Shown: positions 35,651 through 48,341 of the stretch, piece by piece | Layout: the number at the start of each line of letters is the position of its first letter | Numbering within the stretch: position 1 is the first letter of the stretch | Source: Chiloscyllium plagiosum | Lineage: Eukaryota | NCBI RefSeq assembly: GCF_004010195.1 | Contig: NC_057719.1 | Location: 83,726,827-83,790,826 of the forward strand | Reading direction: 5' to 3' | DNA length: 64,000 nt | The notes under the pieces: generated by a model | The model's database searches: none | Seen by the model: only the letters and a program-made list of their open reading frames with translations | Told to the model about the DNA's origin: nothing | Position numbers and translations under genes: made by a program

Positions 35651-36149
35651 CTGCTTGTATTGTGCCCTTGAGCACTTTGTTCATCATCCTTTAAACATCT
35701 TCCTGGAATATTGGCCCATGCAGCTCTTCAGAGGCTGGAGCAAAGGCAAATCCTGGACACTCAGGCCACGATTTAAGTTTAGTCGTTCAGCACTGCAACA
35801 CCGCATATTTCTTTTGTTCGTGGTTGTCCCCTTCCGATTGCCCTACTTGACTCCAACATTCCGGATATTCTGCCTGGAGCAAGCTGACCACCCAACCCCG
35901 GAATATTGCCATAGTGCCTGCCTCACCTCAACACAACATAATCCAGAACGTGCTTCATATCCAAATGAGCCACTAACCACCCCTTCAAGACTCTGCTCTG
36001 CTCATTACGTGAGCATCACACAGACAACATTTGTAGGCAAGTCCAGTCATAAAACCTGAGAGCCTATCGATGTCTACCCGTCACTTAGAATAAAAGGGAC
36101 AGAATCAGTGATGTGAGCCTTCAGCAGAAACACATTCATAGGAACTACC

Positions 36150-36380
36150 CAGCCTGGAGATACTGACACATGCCCTGTGACCTCCTGGAAATAGTGACAC
36201 ACTCCCAGGGACACATGTAAACATTGACACACTCCAGGGAGTCCATGGAATTTCTGACACAGTCCATGTGACCTCATGCAAATACTGAAACACATCTAGA
36301 TACTGATACATCCTTTGGGATCTCTTGTAAATAATAGCACTCTCCAACATTCTCCTGAAAATCCTCACACATGCCCAGGA
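36150..36380. repeat. Degenerate ~30-bp tandem repeat
   Basis: Recurrent c(c/a)tg(g/t)aaatactgacacac.ccc.gggacct units; a related unit occurs at about 38215-38280. Confidence 0.7.
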
Positions 36381-36720
36381 CAGCATAGTGGTTCATGGTT
36401 AGCACTGCTGCCGCACAGCACCAGGGACCCGGGTTTGATTCCAGCCTTGGGAGGCTGCCTGTGTGGAATTTGCACATTCTCCCAGTTTCCTCTGCATGGG
36501 TTTCCTCTTGGTGCTCATTTCCCTCCCCCAGTCCAAAGATTAGGTGGCTTGACCGTACGAAGTTGCCCATACTGTCCAGGGATGTGCAGGCTAGGGGGTG
36601 CAGCCATGGGATACGCAGGGTTGACAGAGATAGGTAGGGGAAGGTTGGTCTGGCTGGTCTTTGAAGGATTGGCGTGGACTCAATGGTTGAATGGCCTGCT
36701 TCCACACTAAGATTCTATGA
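36380..36720 (+). mobile_element. HE1/V-SINE-type SINE
   Basis: Same head, core and tail as 34200-34515. Confidence 0.9.
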
Positions 36721-37363
36721 CCAGATTCCAGCTAAGTTCACAATGTGGTACAGTAATTTCCTGGATGAGCCCCCAGTTTGGTTTGGCCAGATGCTGGAGA
36801 TTGTTCCTCGGGTAATACTATTTCCAGATGGGATACCTCAAATTGTCTACCTTCTGGGGTGAGGAGCGTGACATGGCTCTCCTTCTCCATTTACCCTACT
36901 AGTTGGTCACAACGAGGCTAACTTACAGAGAAGCCCTTCATCTTCTTGACACCTTTCTCCCCAACCAGGTAAATTTACGTTTTAAAAGGAATCAGTTTAA
37001 CTAGACTTTCTTGAGTTAAAAAAGTGAGTTGATTAGTTACTAAAAGTGAGATGAAATAATAGCACAAATCAGAAACGGGTTTAAAAAAATGTAAACAGAT
37101 GTATGGGTCAGTGTCTGAGACATCCCATGAAGATAACCAAATACTGTGGCCATTACAGAGACTGTTTGCTGGTGACACTGAGACAGATAGCTGAACAGTT
37201 CAAGAGTCATGGCTGTGCAGGTTGATCCAAATTCCTTTGTCCTGATCCCTTTCGACAATCGCTGGCTAGCAGCAATTCACAGTGGGAAAATGCGATTTCA
37301 CTTCCTCCATCTGCGTTGCACAGATATTTAAACAGATTTTCTCAAACCAGTGACCTTCACAGC

Positions 37364-37648
37364 ATAGAACATAGAACATAGAAGAATACAGCGCAGTACA
37401 GGCCCTTCGGCCCTCGATGTTGCGCCGATCCAAGCCCACCTCACCTACACTAGCCCACTTTCCTCCATATGCCTATCCAATGCCCGCTTAAATGCCCATA
37501 ATGAGGGAGAGTCCACCACTGCTACTGGCAGGGCATTCCATGAACTCACGGCTTGCTGAGTAAAGAACCTACCCCTAACATCTGTCCTATACCTACCACC
37601 CCTTAATTTAAAGCTATGCCCCCTTGTAATAGCTGACTCCATACGTGG
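37364..37648 (-). mobile_element. Young CR1/HER1 3' end
   Basis: TRGHSFKLRGGRYRTDVRGRFFTQ peptide; (catagaa)n tail; closely matches 80-350. Confidence 0.93.
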
Positions 37649-37774
37649 CATACTAGCCTACAGACTGGGATGTCAGGCCACTAACACACACGGATCAAGA
37701 TTAAAGCTTAGGTTTAACTCCTGTCCCTGTGCATTCTTGAAAGGGGGGAAATGCAACTAGTCTCTTGCCCAGAT

Positions 37775-37945
37775 TGATTTGGAGGCGCCGGTGTTGGACT
37801 GGGGTGTACAAAGTTAAAAATCACACAACACCAGGTTATAGTCCAACAGGTTTAATTGGAAGCACTAGCTTTCGGAGCGACGTTCCTTCATCAGGTGGTA
37901 GTGGAGTATAAGATCGTAAGACACAGAATTTATAGCAAAAGTTTG
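37775..37945 (-). mobile_element. Penelope-like terminal fragment (family B)
   Basis: Homologous to 21243-21354. Confidence 0.85.
37863..37897 (-). ncRNA. Minimal type I hammerhead ribozyme motif
   Basis: Antisense CAC-CUGAUGA-a-GGAAC-guc-GCUCC-GAAA-g-CUA-GUG; stem I CAC/GUG, palindromic AGCU helix III. Confidence 0.72.
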
Positions 37946-40734
37946 TTTTCTTGATTTATTATAATGTTCGCAGTCTGAGTTACTTGTAGAATATTACAGT
38001 TCAGTTTTTATTACAAAATTACAATGAAGCTTCTTTGACTCCCATAGGTGTGACATTCTAGGAATCCTCTCCACACAGGCACTAGATTTACACTGGCTAA
38101 CTTTCACTGCATTAATCTTGTTTTGAAATAAAAATTTTGGAATTTAAAAACTTAACGTGTCCATAGATAATCTTGAATTACGATTCATAGTCATATCAGT
38201 ACAAATTATATATTCTGGAACACACCCAGACTCTTGTAAATAATGACACAATCCCAGCAGCCTCTCTAAATGGTGGCACACAGAATGGTATTTGATTGGC
38301 ACAATACTTAAGCAGGGAAGGGTGCTATCACCCTTCAGCATCAGCTGTTAGTGAGGCCACCAGTCACTACTGTCAGCCATCTGGCAATTAATCATTTACT
38401 GTTTGGGCTCCTGTCACCTTCAGGTGATGAATTCCCTCCCCCAGGAGGACCAGAAACTTATCAGGTGCAAAGCAGAAGACAGGACATCATGAAAACATGC
38501 TGCCCTCTCAACCAAGTAAGTAGTGTTCAGGGCTTCTGAAGCCAGTCAGACAGACTTCAATAAGGGCAAGAAGGTGTGGTTTGCGGGTTTGGGAGAATGG
38601 TGAGCCGATAGTGAAGTGGTGAGTCCTGAGAGATGGCTGGGGGTATACCTTGATGGGTGACAGTATGCCCATCAGGAGGCCCCATGTCAAGGTTCACTGG
38701 GCAGCCACCTCCCATGGCACAGGTTACATCCACCATTGTTACAATGGCAGCGGCAGCCGGAAGACCTTTAAGTAGCTCAACTGGCTGTGAAGGGATTTGA
38801 AGGAGAAATGAAAATTTAAATTTGAGGCACTGTAGGACCAGGAACCAATGTAGAAGAGTTAAGAGGCAGTGATGGATGCATGAGGCTTGATGTGGGACAG
38901 AACACAGGCAGCAGAGTTCCAGCTGAGGTGAAAGCTGACAGACTAAGGAGTACAGCCTGGAGTAATTGAGTCTGAAGGCTATGCTCTCTTCGAAGAAGCA
39001 CCTGGTCCTGAGTCCACGCTATGCTAATGACAAGGCCTGACTGTCTGTGCAGCTATCGCTCTTGGGCATGTGATCCTAAACTTGGCTCCCTTTGTTGTCT
39101 GCTCTCTGCCTCTTTTGATTATTGATTGTTTGCTTTCAGAAGTCTACCATTTATGTGGTGAAATGATGTGACACCAGCCAGTCTAGCGTTATCCTACAAA
39201 CAGCAAGCAGACAATCATGCTCTGGTCACAGGTCAAAGGTGAGTGATGGAAAGGTCACACTGAACAATGGTGGAGCATCCAGTTTGTGTGGTCGCGTTGC
39301 TGAGAGTGCCTCTGAGCAGCCAACCAGCACAAAAGGACATGTCAGGACACAACTAATTACTGCCAAGTAACGTTTCTTACAGGGGGAGAAAAAAAAATCA
39401 GAAGAATCTCTTGTGAGGCTACGCCTGGTGTTAAACCTTTTATGTAAATGTGGGCTGCTAATGGAGCGTGCGCTGTGCTTCCATTGTACTGTGTGTGTCA
39501 TGGTCTGTAGTAAACGTGGGAACTCTAGCTTTGTGGAGCCAGCAGAGGGAAGGTAGCGCAAAGGATTGTCTGCTTAGCGCAGCTCATAGATCATGACTGG
39601 GTTAAGTTGAGCTCTGATGAACAGGCAGTACTGAAAGTAGCAGTTGCCAACAAAAGGAATTTATTTATAATCAGTCCAGCTTGCTTCAATCTCTTGTCTG
39701 AAATATACACTTTATGTTCTTGTTACAATCAATGGTAGCTACCTTAGTTGGACAGTAACTGGAAATTGCAAGCCATCCTAACTAGTTGTGCTGAAGGACA
39801 CTTCCATATTTCTGGAATTCACTCCCTGTGGTGCAGTCTACATTCCAGACCTCTGTGGCGTGTAGGATTGCCAATTCTGTTTGGCACTCTGATGGTTTCA
39901 TCATAAGCCCTTCCTGCCTCCAAGTGCACCGCCTAGTCAAAAAAGCTTGAACACATCTCCAATATTTTCCTAGCTACGGACAAATATGGCCAAAGAAACT
40001 GAATCGTACACTCCTAAGATTTTCCTCTTGCTCACCGCAAAATATTTAGAAATTAACCTTTAATTTCTGAAGACTGTGGGACAATCCTGGAGGGTTGAGA
40101 CTTGGTAACAGACTGGGAGGTAGACTTCTCCATGAGCGTGGCCTACCCCCCAGGCTGCTGTGGCTTGGCCTACTCCCAGGCCTGAGTTCAGTCACCATTG
40201 ATACAATACTCTGCTGGCAATTGTTATGGTGCATGGAGACACAGTGAAATGCTACTGTTATAGCTGGCAGCTCTGTTGTCTAACTTTATTCCTGGACTAC
40301 TTATGTCCTGGAACAACGTCAGAGATTGACAGCGTATAGTGTGATGCTTAAGACATATGGTAACTGCATACGATTAGAGGACACAGAAATGTTTGTGTTG
40401 TCTCTTTCATTGCTTCTTGGACAGTCTGGGAACCATTTCAGTAAATGTTTCTTGACAGGCAATCTTGCTTGGGGCCATGTGGGCCATCATAGCTTGCAGC
40501 AGCTTCCATTTTCAATGAACCCGATGGCTCAAATTGCTAAAGGTCCCGTGAGAGAGTCCACACAACGAGGTTTAGGGACCAACTGTGCTGAATTTGCTGC
40601 TCTAAGCCTTTGTCTGCTGGTCTCCAGTGATGCCACTTGTACCTCTGAACCACAAGGTTCAGAGTTCAAGTCCCAGTTCAGGACCTGAGCACAAACATCA
40701 GAGCTTACACCCATTGGCAATCACTCACTAACTG

Positions 40735-41385
40735 GTATGATTGTCCACCTAAGAATGTCGTGTGACTGGTCATGGGTTCTGTGGATCGTTGCTTGGCTGG
40801 CGAGCCTAATCCTAGCCACATCCAAGACCACACATTTGGCAGATGTTTCCAGGAGTGGAATTGGTCCTTCACCTCAGAATCATCAGTATCCCTTTTTCCG
40901 GTTCCTTTTCCATATTTCCAATTGCTGACAGGCGCCCTCAGTGAATGGTATCCCTTCATACAGGAGATTCCTTCAAGCTGGTTTCTTTTTAGCGAGGGTA
41001 TCCCAGGCGTCGACAGCTATATTGCATTTCTTGAGGGAAGCCTTCAGGGAGTCTTTGAAATGCTTTCTTTGTCTGCCTGTCATTTGACTGCTTTCCTAGA
41101 GCTAGGTGAAGAAGATTTGCTCTGGCAGGTGAACTCAGCCGTGGTTGGCCCAGTGGAGTTGGTTCAGCATGTTCACGGCCTTGATACTGGTGCTATCAGC
41201 TCCTTCAAGGATACTGATGTCGGTACATCTGTCCTCTTGGATAGTGTGGAGAATCTGTCTCAAAATTGATGGCACTTATCAAATACTCTGAGGTGGCATC
41301 TATACACAATCCAAGCTTCAGAGGCATAGAGAAGAATCGGAAGACTGACTACCTCATTGACAAAGATTTTGGTATCCATGTGGAA
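40735..41385 (-). mobile_element. RTE-clade LINE 3' fragment (probably resumes after 42015)
   Basis: ttgcatttcttgagggaag and ggtgaaga.gatttgct blocks shared with 27255-27765. Confidence 0.8.
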
Positions 41386-42014
41386 AATAGGTGCAGGAGT
41401 GGGCCATTCGGCCTTTCAACCCTAAATCACCACATCACCATTCAATATGATCATGACTGATCATGCAATCTCAGTATCCCACTCCCGCTTTCTCTCCATA
41501 CCCCTTGATCCCTCTAGCCGCAAGGGCCACTGTCCAGCTCCATCTTGAATCTATCTAACGAACTGGTCCCAACAGCTTTCGGTGGTAGAGAATTCCACAG
41601 GTTCCCAACTCTCTGAGTGAAGAAATTCCTCCTCAGCTCAGTCCTGAATGGTTCAGTCCGTATTCTTGACTGTGACCCCTAGTTCTGCACTTTCACAACA
41701 TCGGGAATATTCTTTCTGCATCTAGCCTGTCCAGTCATATCAGAATTTTATATGTTTCTATGAGATTCCCCCCCACCTCACTCTTCTAAATTCCAGTGTG
41801 TACCAGCCCAGTTGATCCAGTCTTTCTTCATGTGCTAGTCCTGCCTTCTGGGAATCAACATGGTGAACCTTCGCTGGACTTCCTCAATTAACTCCCTAAT
41901 AGTCCTTCCTCAGAAATGTGGATCAAAACTGCATACGATACTCAAGGTGTGGCCTCACCAAGGCCCTGTATAACTGCAGCAAGACATCCCTACTCCTATA
42001 TTCAAATCCTCTCA
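41385..42014 (-). mobile_element. CR1 (second family) 3' fragment
   Basis: RGFEYRSRDVLLQLYRALVRPHLEY peptide; 3' UTR as at 17507. Confidence 0.9.
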
Positions 42015-42122
42015 ATACATCGCAGATGTGCTGACAGAATGCACTGCCAAAGAAGCAGATGGTTGGACTAGATGTTAATCTAAGACCTCTTTTGTCCTTT
42101 TTGCTGAAGTTAAAGACCATAA

Positions 42123-42652
42123 AGTCATAGAAACAGCACAGAAACAGACCCTTTAATCGAACCAGTCCATGCCGAACCAATCTCAAACTAAACTAGTCCC
42201 ACCTGTCTGCTCCTGGCCCATATCCTTCCAGACCTTCCTCATTCATTTATCTAACCAAATGTCTTTTAAACGTTGTAACTGTACCCGCATCCATCACTTC
42301 CTCAGGAAGTTCATTCCGCACATGAACCACCGTCATGTGCAAAACATTTGCCTCATCTTTTTTAAATCTCTCTCCTCTCACCTTAAAAACATGCCCCCTA
42401 CACTTGAAATCCCCTATCCAAGGGAAAAGGCAACTACTATTAGTTGTCTCTGTCTATACCTCTCATTATTTTATAAACTTCTATCAGGTCAACTCGCAAC
42501 CTCCTACAGTCCACTGAATAAAGTCCCAGTCTATCTAGCCTTTCTTTATAACTCAAACCCTCCATACCTAGCAACATCCTGGTAAATGTCTCCTGAACCC
42601 TCTCCAGTTTAATAATATCCTTCCTGTAACTGTGCAACCAGAACTGGACACA
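42123..42652 (-). mobile_element. CR1 3' fragment
   Basis: CVQFW..RKDIIKLERVQ..DLIEVYKIMRG. Confidence 0.9.
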
Positions 42653-43045
42653 GGATGACATTATTTTGAAGCAAAGCAAAGTTTGTTTGTCATCTTGGCC
42701 AATATTTATCCCTCTGCAACATCACAAATAAACATTATTTGATCATTATCCCGTTGCCATTCGGGGGAAATTTGCTGAGCACAATGTGCTGCATTTCTTA
42801 CATTACATCAATGAAGTACATTTTGCAAGTCTTTTTCAAAGAATTAGTTTCTGCACATCAGATTCACTTCAACCAAGGATTTCTGCCTTGATGCCTCTCC
42901 AGTAGGTCTTCCTAGAAAATGCCCTGCTGCCTAGAACGGACTCAATGTGTCTCTCTCCACAGTCAAAACCTTTTCACTGATCTCTCAGCCATCACCTTTT
43001 GCTTCTCTCACCTTTATCGATCCGTGAAAGGCTCTGAGCAATTTC

Positions 43046-43362
43046 TCATAGAGATGTACAGCACAGAAACAGACCCTTCGGTCCAGCTTGTCCATGCTGA
43101 CCAGATATCCTAAACTAATCTAGTCTCATTTACCAGCCTTTGGCCCATATTCCTCTAAACCTTTCCTACTCATATACTCATCTAGATGCCTATTAAGTGT
43201 TGTAATTGTACCAGCCTCTACTACCTGCACTGGCAATTCATCCCATACACGCACCACCCTCTGCGTGAAGAAGTTGCCCCTCAAGTCCCTTTTATATCTT
43301 ACCCCTCTCACCTTAAACCTATGCCCTCTAGTTCTGGACTCCCCCACTCTGTAAAAAAGACC
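43046..43362 (-). mobile_element. CR1 3' fragment
   Basis: GESRTRGHRFKVRG...FFTQRVV. Confidence 0.9.
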
Positions 43363-44617
43363 TTAGCTGTTCAACTTGCTTAAGGTTTGCGATATGAAAA
43401 TAAATTACAGTCATGCACAGAGGTGAGGGGGAATGAGGCTCAGTGGTGATGCATGTTTTTGCCAAATAGCCTGTCAGTATGGAAGAGATGCAGATGAGAG
43501 GAGGCATTTCTGTCCAGAAGAAAAGGCTGAGGTCTCCCTTGTACAACAACTAATTCGTTGTCTTGAATGAACCAAACATGTTACTTAATTGCAGTCTTTC
43601 AGAGAAGAGCAGTCAAGTGGATAAGGGACACAAGCTTTTAACTGTTAGGGGTTTCTGTTGCCCTTTGGGAGAAACTGATCAGAAATATAAATGAGGAGGT
43701 TTAGAAATTCTGCCTGGAAAAGAAACAAAACGCTGGCAGCTGTGTTTGTCAAGCGTGGAGGTTTTGATTTGCTTAATGAGGGGAGAGAAAAAAAAACACT
43801 TGGATTGAAAACTATATTGGAAAAGGTCTAGGACTGTGGTTGGTTTAGTAATCTAGGTCAGGGAATATCTGTGCGGTTTCTGGGCCTGTTTGTGTGAATA
43901 CCAATCTGTGTTTCATTCCCACTTTATTTTTTCCCCATCGGTCGAGAGGATTTCGAATCTCAAGACGAGAGTAGTGCTTGACAAAGCAAACATCTTACAC
44001 CCAGTCCTCCACCACAGCTCAGCTGGTACTTATTAAGAACCTCAGGCATGAAAAACCTGTTACCAAACTCCGTCAATATTTTTGAGGCCTCTCTCGCTCT
44101 CTGTGCACTTCTGCCTTCTCCCTTAACTCATGCAAAATTCAAATGATGAGGCATCACCTGAGTACTGTGCTGATAGCATAGTTTGAGCGGCCAGCTATCT
44201 TGTCCCTTGTCCACCTCTGAATTTTCTCTCCATCATGACTGGGATGTAGGAACAGGGGCAGGTCTTTCACTATGTTCCACAATGAACTAGATTATGTCTG
44301 ATCTATACCTAAACCCTATCCACGCACAATCCTTAATACCCTTGCCTAACAAAAAGTTGTGAAATAATCATTTGATCTTGATTTTACTGCCACATGTATT
44401 TTACAGTCAGAATACAACAAAATACAGCGAAAAGCTTTCATTTGTTGCCATGAAATGGCATCATTTTGAATAATTTAAACATAAGGAAAAATAAAGCAAA
44501 GATACAGCTTAATGGAGACAGGCCTTTTGGACCAACCTGGTCCACGCTAACCCCATTTCCCTGCACTTGGCCCATATCCTTCTAAACCTTTTCTATCTGT
44601 GTATTTGTCTTTTAAAT

Positions 44618-47600
44618 TCATTTCTGCAGCGGGACCAGAGAGAGCAGAAACCAGGGGGCTGTCAGGAAGGTAAATTCTTCATTTAAAAACTGACCAGGGT
44701 GCAGAGGCTTCTGGGATTTTATTTCCCAGGTATATAAATTGGGTGTTTGCTACGACATAGGTAGGAAAAGGGATGGTGATATAAGGCACAAATTCAGGGA
44801 GCTAGGGTGGAAGCATAGAACGAGAACAAACAGAGTTGTTATCTCTGGTTTGTTGCCTGTGCCACATGCTAGAGGCAAGGAATAGGGAGAGAGAGGAGTT
44901 AACAAGTGGCTACAGGGATGGTGTAGAAGGGAGATACCTGGATAATGGGGTTCATTCTGGGGTAGGTGGGACCTCTACAAACGAGATGGGCTACACCTGA
45001 ACCAGAGAAGTATTAATATCCTTGGGGGGGTGGGTGGGGGATGCGGGGGGAGTTTGCTCATGCTCTTCAGGAGGGTTTAAACTAATTCAGTAGGGGGATG
45101 GAAACCTGAATTGTAGCTCCAGTGTACAGGAAGTTGAGAGTAGTAAGGTCATGAATAAGGTTTCAAGGTTGCAGGAGTGTACCGGCAGGCAGGAAGCTGG
45201 TTTGAAGTGTGTCTACTTCAATGTCAGGAGCATCCGGAATAAAATAGGTGGACTTGCAGCATGGGTTGGTACCTGGGACTTCGAGGTTGTGGCCATTTTG
45301 GACACATGGATTGAAAAGGGTCAGGAATGATTGTTGCAGGTTCTGGAGTTTAGATGTTTCGGGAAGATCAGGGAAGGTGGTAAAAGAGGCGGAGGTGTGG
45401 CATTGTTAGTCAAGAACAGTATTACGGTGGCAGAAAGGACGTTTGAGGACTCGACTACTGAGGTAGTATGGGCTGAGACGAGAAACAGGAAAGGAGAGGT
45501 CACCCCTTTGGGAGTTTTCTGTAGACCTTCCAGAGACATAGAGGAAAGGATTGAAAAGATGATTCTAGATAGGAGTGAAAGTAACAGGGTAGTTGTTATG
45601 GGGGACTTTAACTTTCCAGATATTGACTGGAAACACTATAGTTTGAGCACTCTAGATAGGTCAGCTTTTGTCCAATTTGTGGAGGAGGGTTTCCTGACAC
45701 AGTATGTAGACAGGCCAACAAGGGGCGAGGCCACATTGGATTTGGTACTGGGTAATAAACCCGGCCAGGTGTTCGATTTGGAGGTAGGTGAGCACTTTGG
45801 TGATAGTGACCACAGTTTGGTTATGTTTACTTTATCGATGGAAAGGGATAGATATGAAAGAGCTATAACTGGGGGAAAGGCAATTATGATGTGTTTAGGC
45901 AACATTTAGGATACCTAGAGAGGGAAGGAAACTGCAGGGGATGGGCACAATTGAAATGTGGAGCGTTTTCAAGGAACAGCTACTGCGTGTCCTTGATAAG
46001 TACGTGCACGTCAGGCAGGGAGAAAGTGGTCGAGCGAGAGAGACGTGGTTTACTAAAAAAATTGAATCTCTTGTCAAGAAGAAGAAGGTGGCTTATGTAA
46101 AGATGAGACATGAAGGGCATTTAACAGTTATAAGTCAGCCAGGAAGGACCCAAAGAGAGAGCTAAGAAGAGCCAGGATGGAATATGAGAAGTCTTTGGCA
46201 GGCAGGATCAAGGAAATCCCCAAAGCTTTCTATAGGTATATCAGGAATAAAAGAATGACTAGGGTAAGATTAGGGCCAGTCAAGGACACTAGTGGGAAGT
46301 TGTGCATGGAGTCTGAAGAGATAGGAGAGGTGCTGAATGACTATTTTTTGTCAGCATTCACACAGGAAAAATACAATGTTATCAAGGAGAATACTGACAT
46401 ACAGGCTGTTACATGAGATGGGATTGAGGTTCACAAGGAGGAGGTGGGAGCAATTCTGGAAAATGTGAAAATGGATAAGTTCCTTGGGCCAGATGGGATT
46501 TATCCTCGGATTCTCTGGGAAGCCAGGGAGTACATTGCAGAGTCATAGAGATGTACAGCATGGAAACAGAACCTTCAGTCCAACTAGTCTATGCCGACCA
46601 GATATCCCAAACCCAATCTAGACCCACCTGCCAGTGCTTGGCCCATATCCCTCTAAACCTCTCCTACTCATATACCCATCCAGATGCCTTTTAAATGTTG
46701 AAAATGTACCAGCCTCCACCACTTCCCCGGTAGCTCATTCCATACACGCACTACTCTCTGAGTGAAAAAGTTACCCCTTAAGTCTCTTTTATATCTTTTC
46801 GCTGTCACCCTAAATCTATGCCTTCTAGTTCTGGACTCCCCCACCCCAAGGAAAAGATTATGTCTATTTATCCTATCCACGCCCCTCATGATTTCATAAA
46901 CCTCTGAGGTCAGGTCTTAATGTCATCATTGTCTACAGGAATAGTGCCAGAGACTGGAGGGTACCAAATGTTGCTTCCTTGTTCAGAAAGGGGAGTAGAG
47001 ACAATCTTGGTAATTACAGACCAGTGAGCCTTACTTCTATTGTGGGCAAAGTTTTGGAAAGGATTATAAGAGATAGGATTTATAATCATCTCGAGAGGAA
47101 TAAGTTGATCCGGGATAGTCAACACGCTTTTGTGAAGGATAGGTCATGCCGCACAAACCATATTGAGTTCTTTGAAAAGGTGACCCAACAGGTGGATGAG
47201 GGTAAAGCAGTTGATATAGTGTATATGGATTTCAGTAAAGCATTTGATAAGGTTCCCCACACAAAATACGGAGGCATTGGATTGAGGGTGATTTAGAGGT
47301 TTGGATCAGAAATGGGACTGCTATAAGAAGACAGAGGGTGGTGACTGATGGAAAATGTTAATCCTGGAGGTGAGTTACTAGTGGTGCACCGCAAGGATCA
47401 ACTTTGGGGCCACTGCTGTTTGTCATTTTTATAAATGCCCTGGATGACGGCATAGAAGGATGAGTTAGCAGATTTGTGGATGACACCAAAGTTGGTGGTG
47501 TTGTGGACAGTATGGATGGATGCTGTAGGTTACAGAAGGACATAGATAGAGCCACGCTGAGAGGTGTAAAATGGAGTTTAGTGTGGAAAAGTGTGAGGTG

Positions 47601-48341
47601 ATTCACTTTGAAAGGAGTAACAGGAATGCAGAGTACTGGGCTAATGGTAAGATCCCTGGTAATGTGGATGAGCAGAGAGATCTCAGTGTCCATGTGCATA
47701 GATCCCTGAAAGTTGCCACCCAAGTTGATAGGGTTGACAAGAAGGCATATGGTGTGTTAGCTTTTGTTGGTAGAGGGATTGAGTTTCAGAGCCATGAGGT
47801 CACGTTGTAGCTGTACAAAACTCTGGTGCTGCTGTAGTTGGAGTATTGCGTACAGTTGTGGTCACTGCATTATAGGAAGGATGTGGAAGCATTGGAAAGG
47901 GTGCAGAGGAGATTTACCAGGATGTTGCCTGGTATGGAGGGAAGGTCTTATGAGGAAAGGCTGAGGAACTTGAGGCTGTTTTTGTTAGAGAGAAGACGGT
48001 TAAGAGGTAACTTAATAGAGGCGTACAAAATGATCAGAGAATTAGGTAGGGTGGACAGTGAGAGCCTTTTTCCTCAGTTGGTGATGGCTAGCACGAGGGG
48101 ACATAGCTTTAAGTTGAGTGATGATAGAAATAGGTTCTTTACTCAGAGAGTAGTAAGGGTATGGAATGCCCTGCCTCCAACAGTAGTTGACTCGCCAACA
48201 TTAAGGGCATTTAAATGGTCATTGGATAAACATATGGATGATAATAGAATAGTTTAGGTTTGGTAGGCTTGAGGTTGGTGCCACAGGTCGCACGACATCG
48301 AGGGCCAAAGAGCCTGTCCTGTGCTGTAATGTTCTATGTTC
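44618..48341 (+). mobile_element. Long CR1/HER1 LINE: ORF1 esterase remnant, AP endonuclease, RT and 3' UTR (disabled)
   Basis: RVVISGLLPVP and DGLHLN (ORF1); GGGVALLVK, MGDFNFPDIDW, LDLVL, SDH (endonuclease); [17 protein letters not shown] (RT); taaat at both ends (44613-44617 and 48342-48346). Confidence 0.95.
46541..46905 (-). mobile_element. CR1 3' fragment nested in the long CR1
   Basis: Same family as 43046-43362; host ORF2 resumes afterwards. Confidence 0.9.

Noticed and set aside
39610..39650. ctgatga...gaaa hammerhead-like spacing
   Set aside because: No pairing stem II and no Penelope-like flanks; likely chance
45331..45909. 192-aa ORF as a host gene
   Set aside because: It is the CR1 ORF2 AP-endonuclease domain inside a disabled LINE
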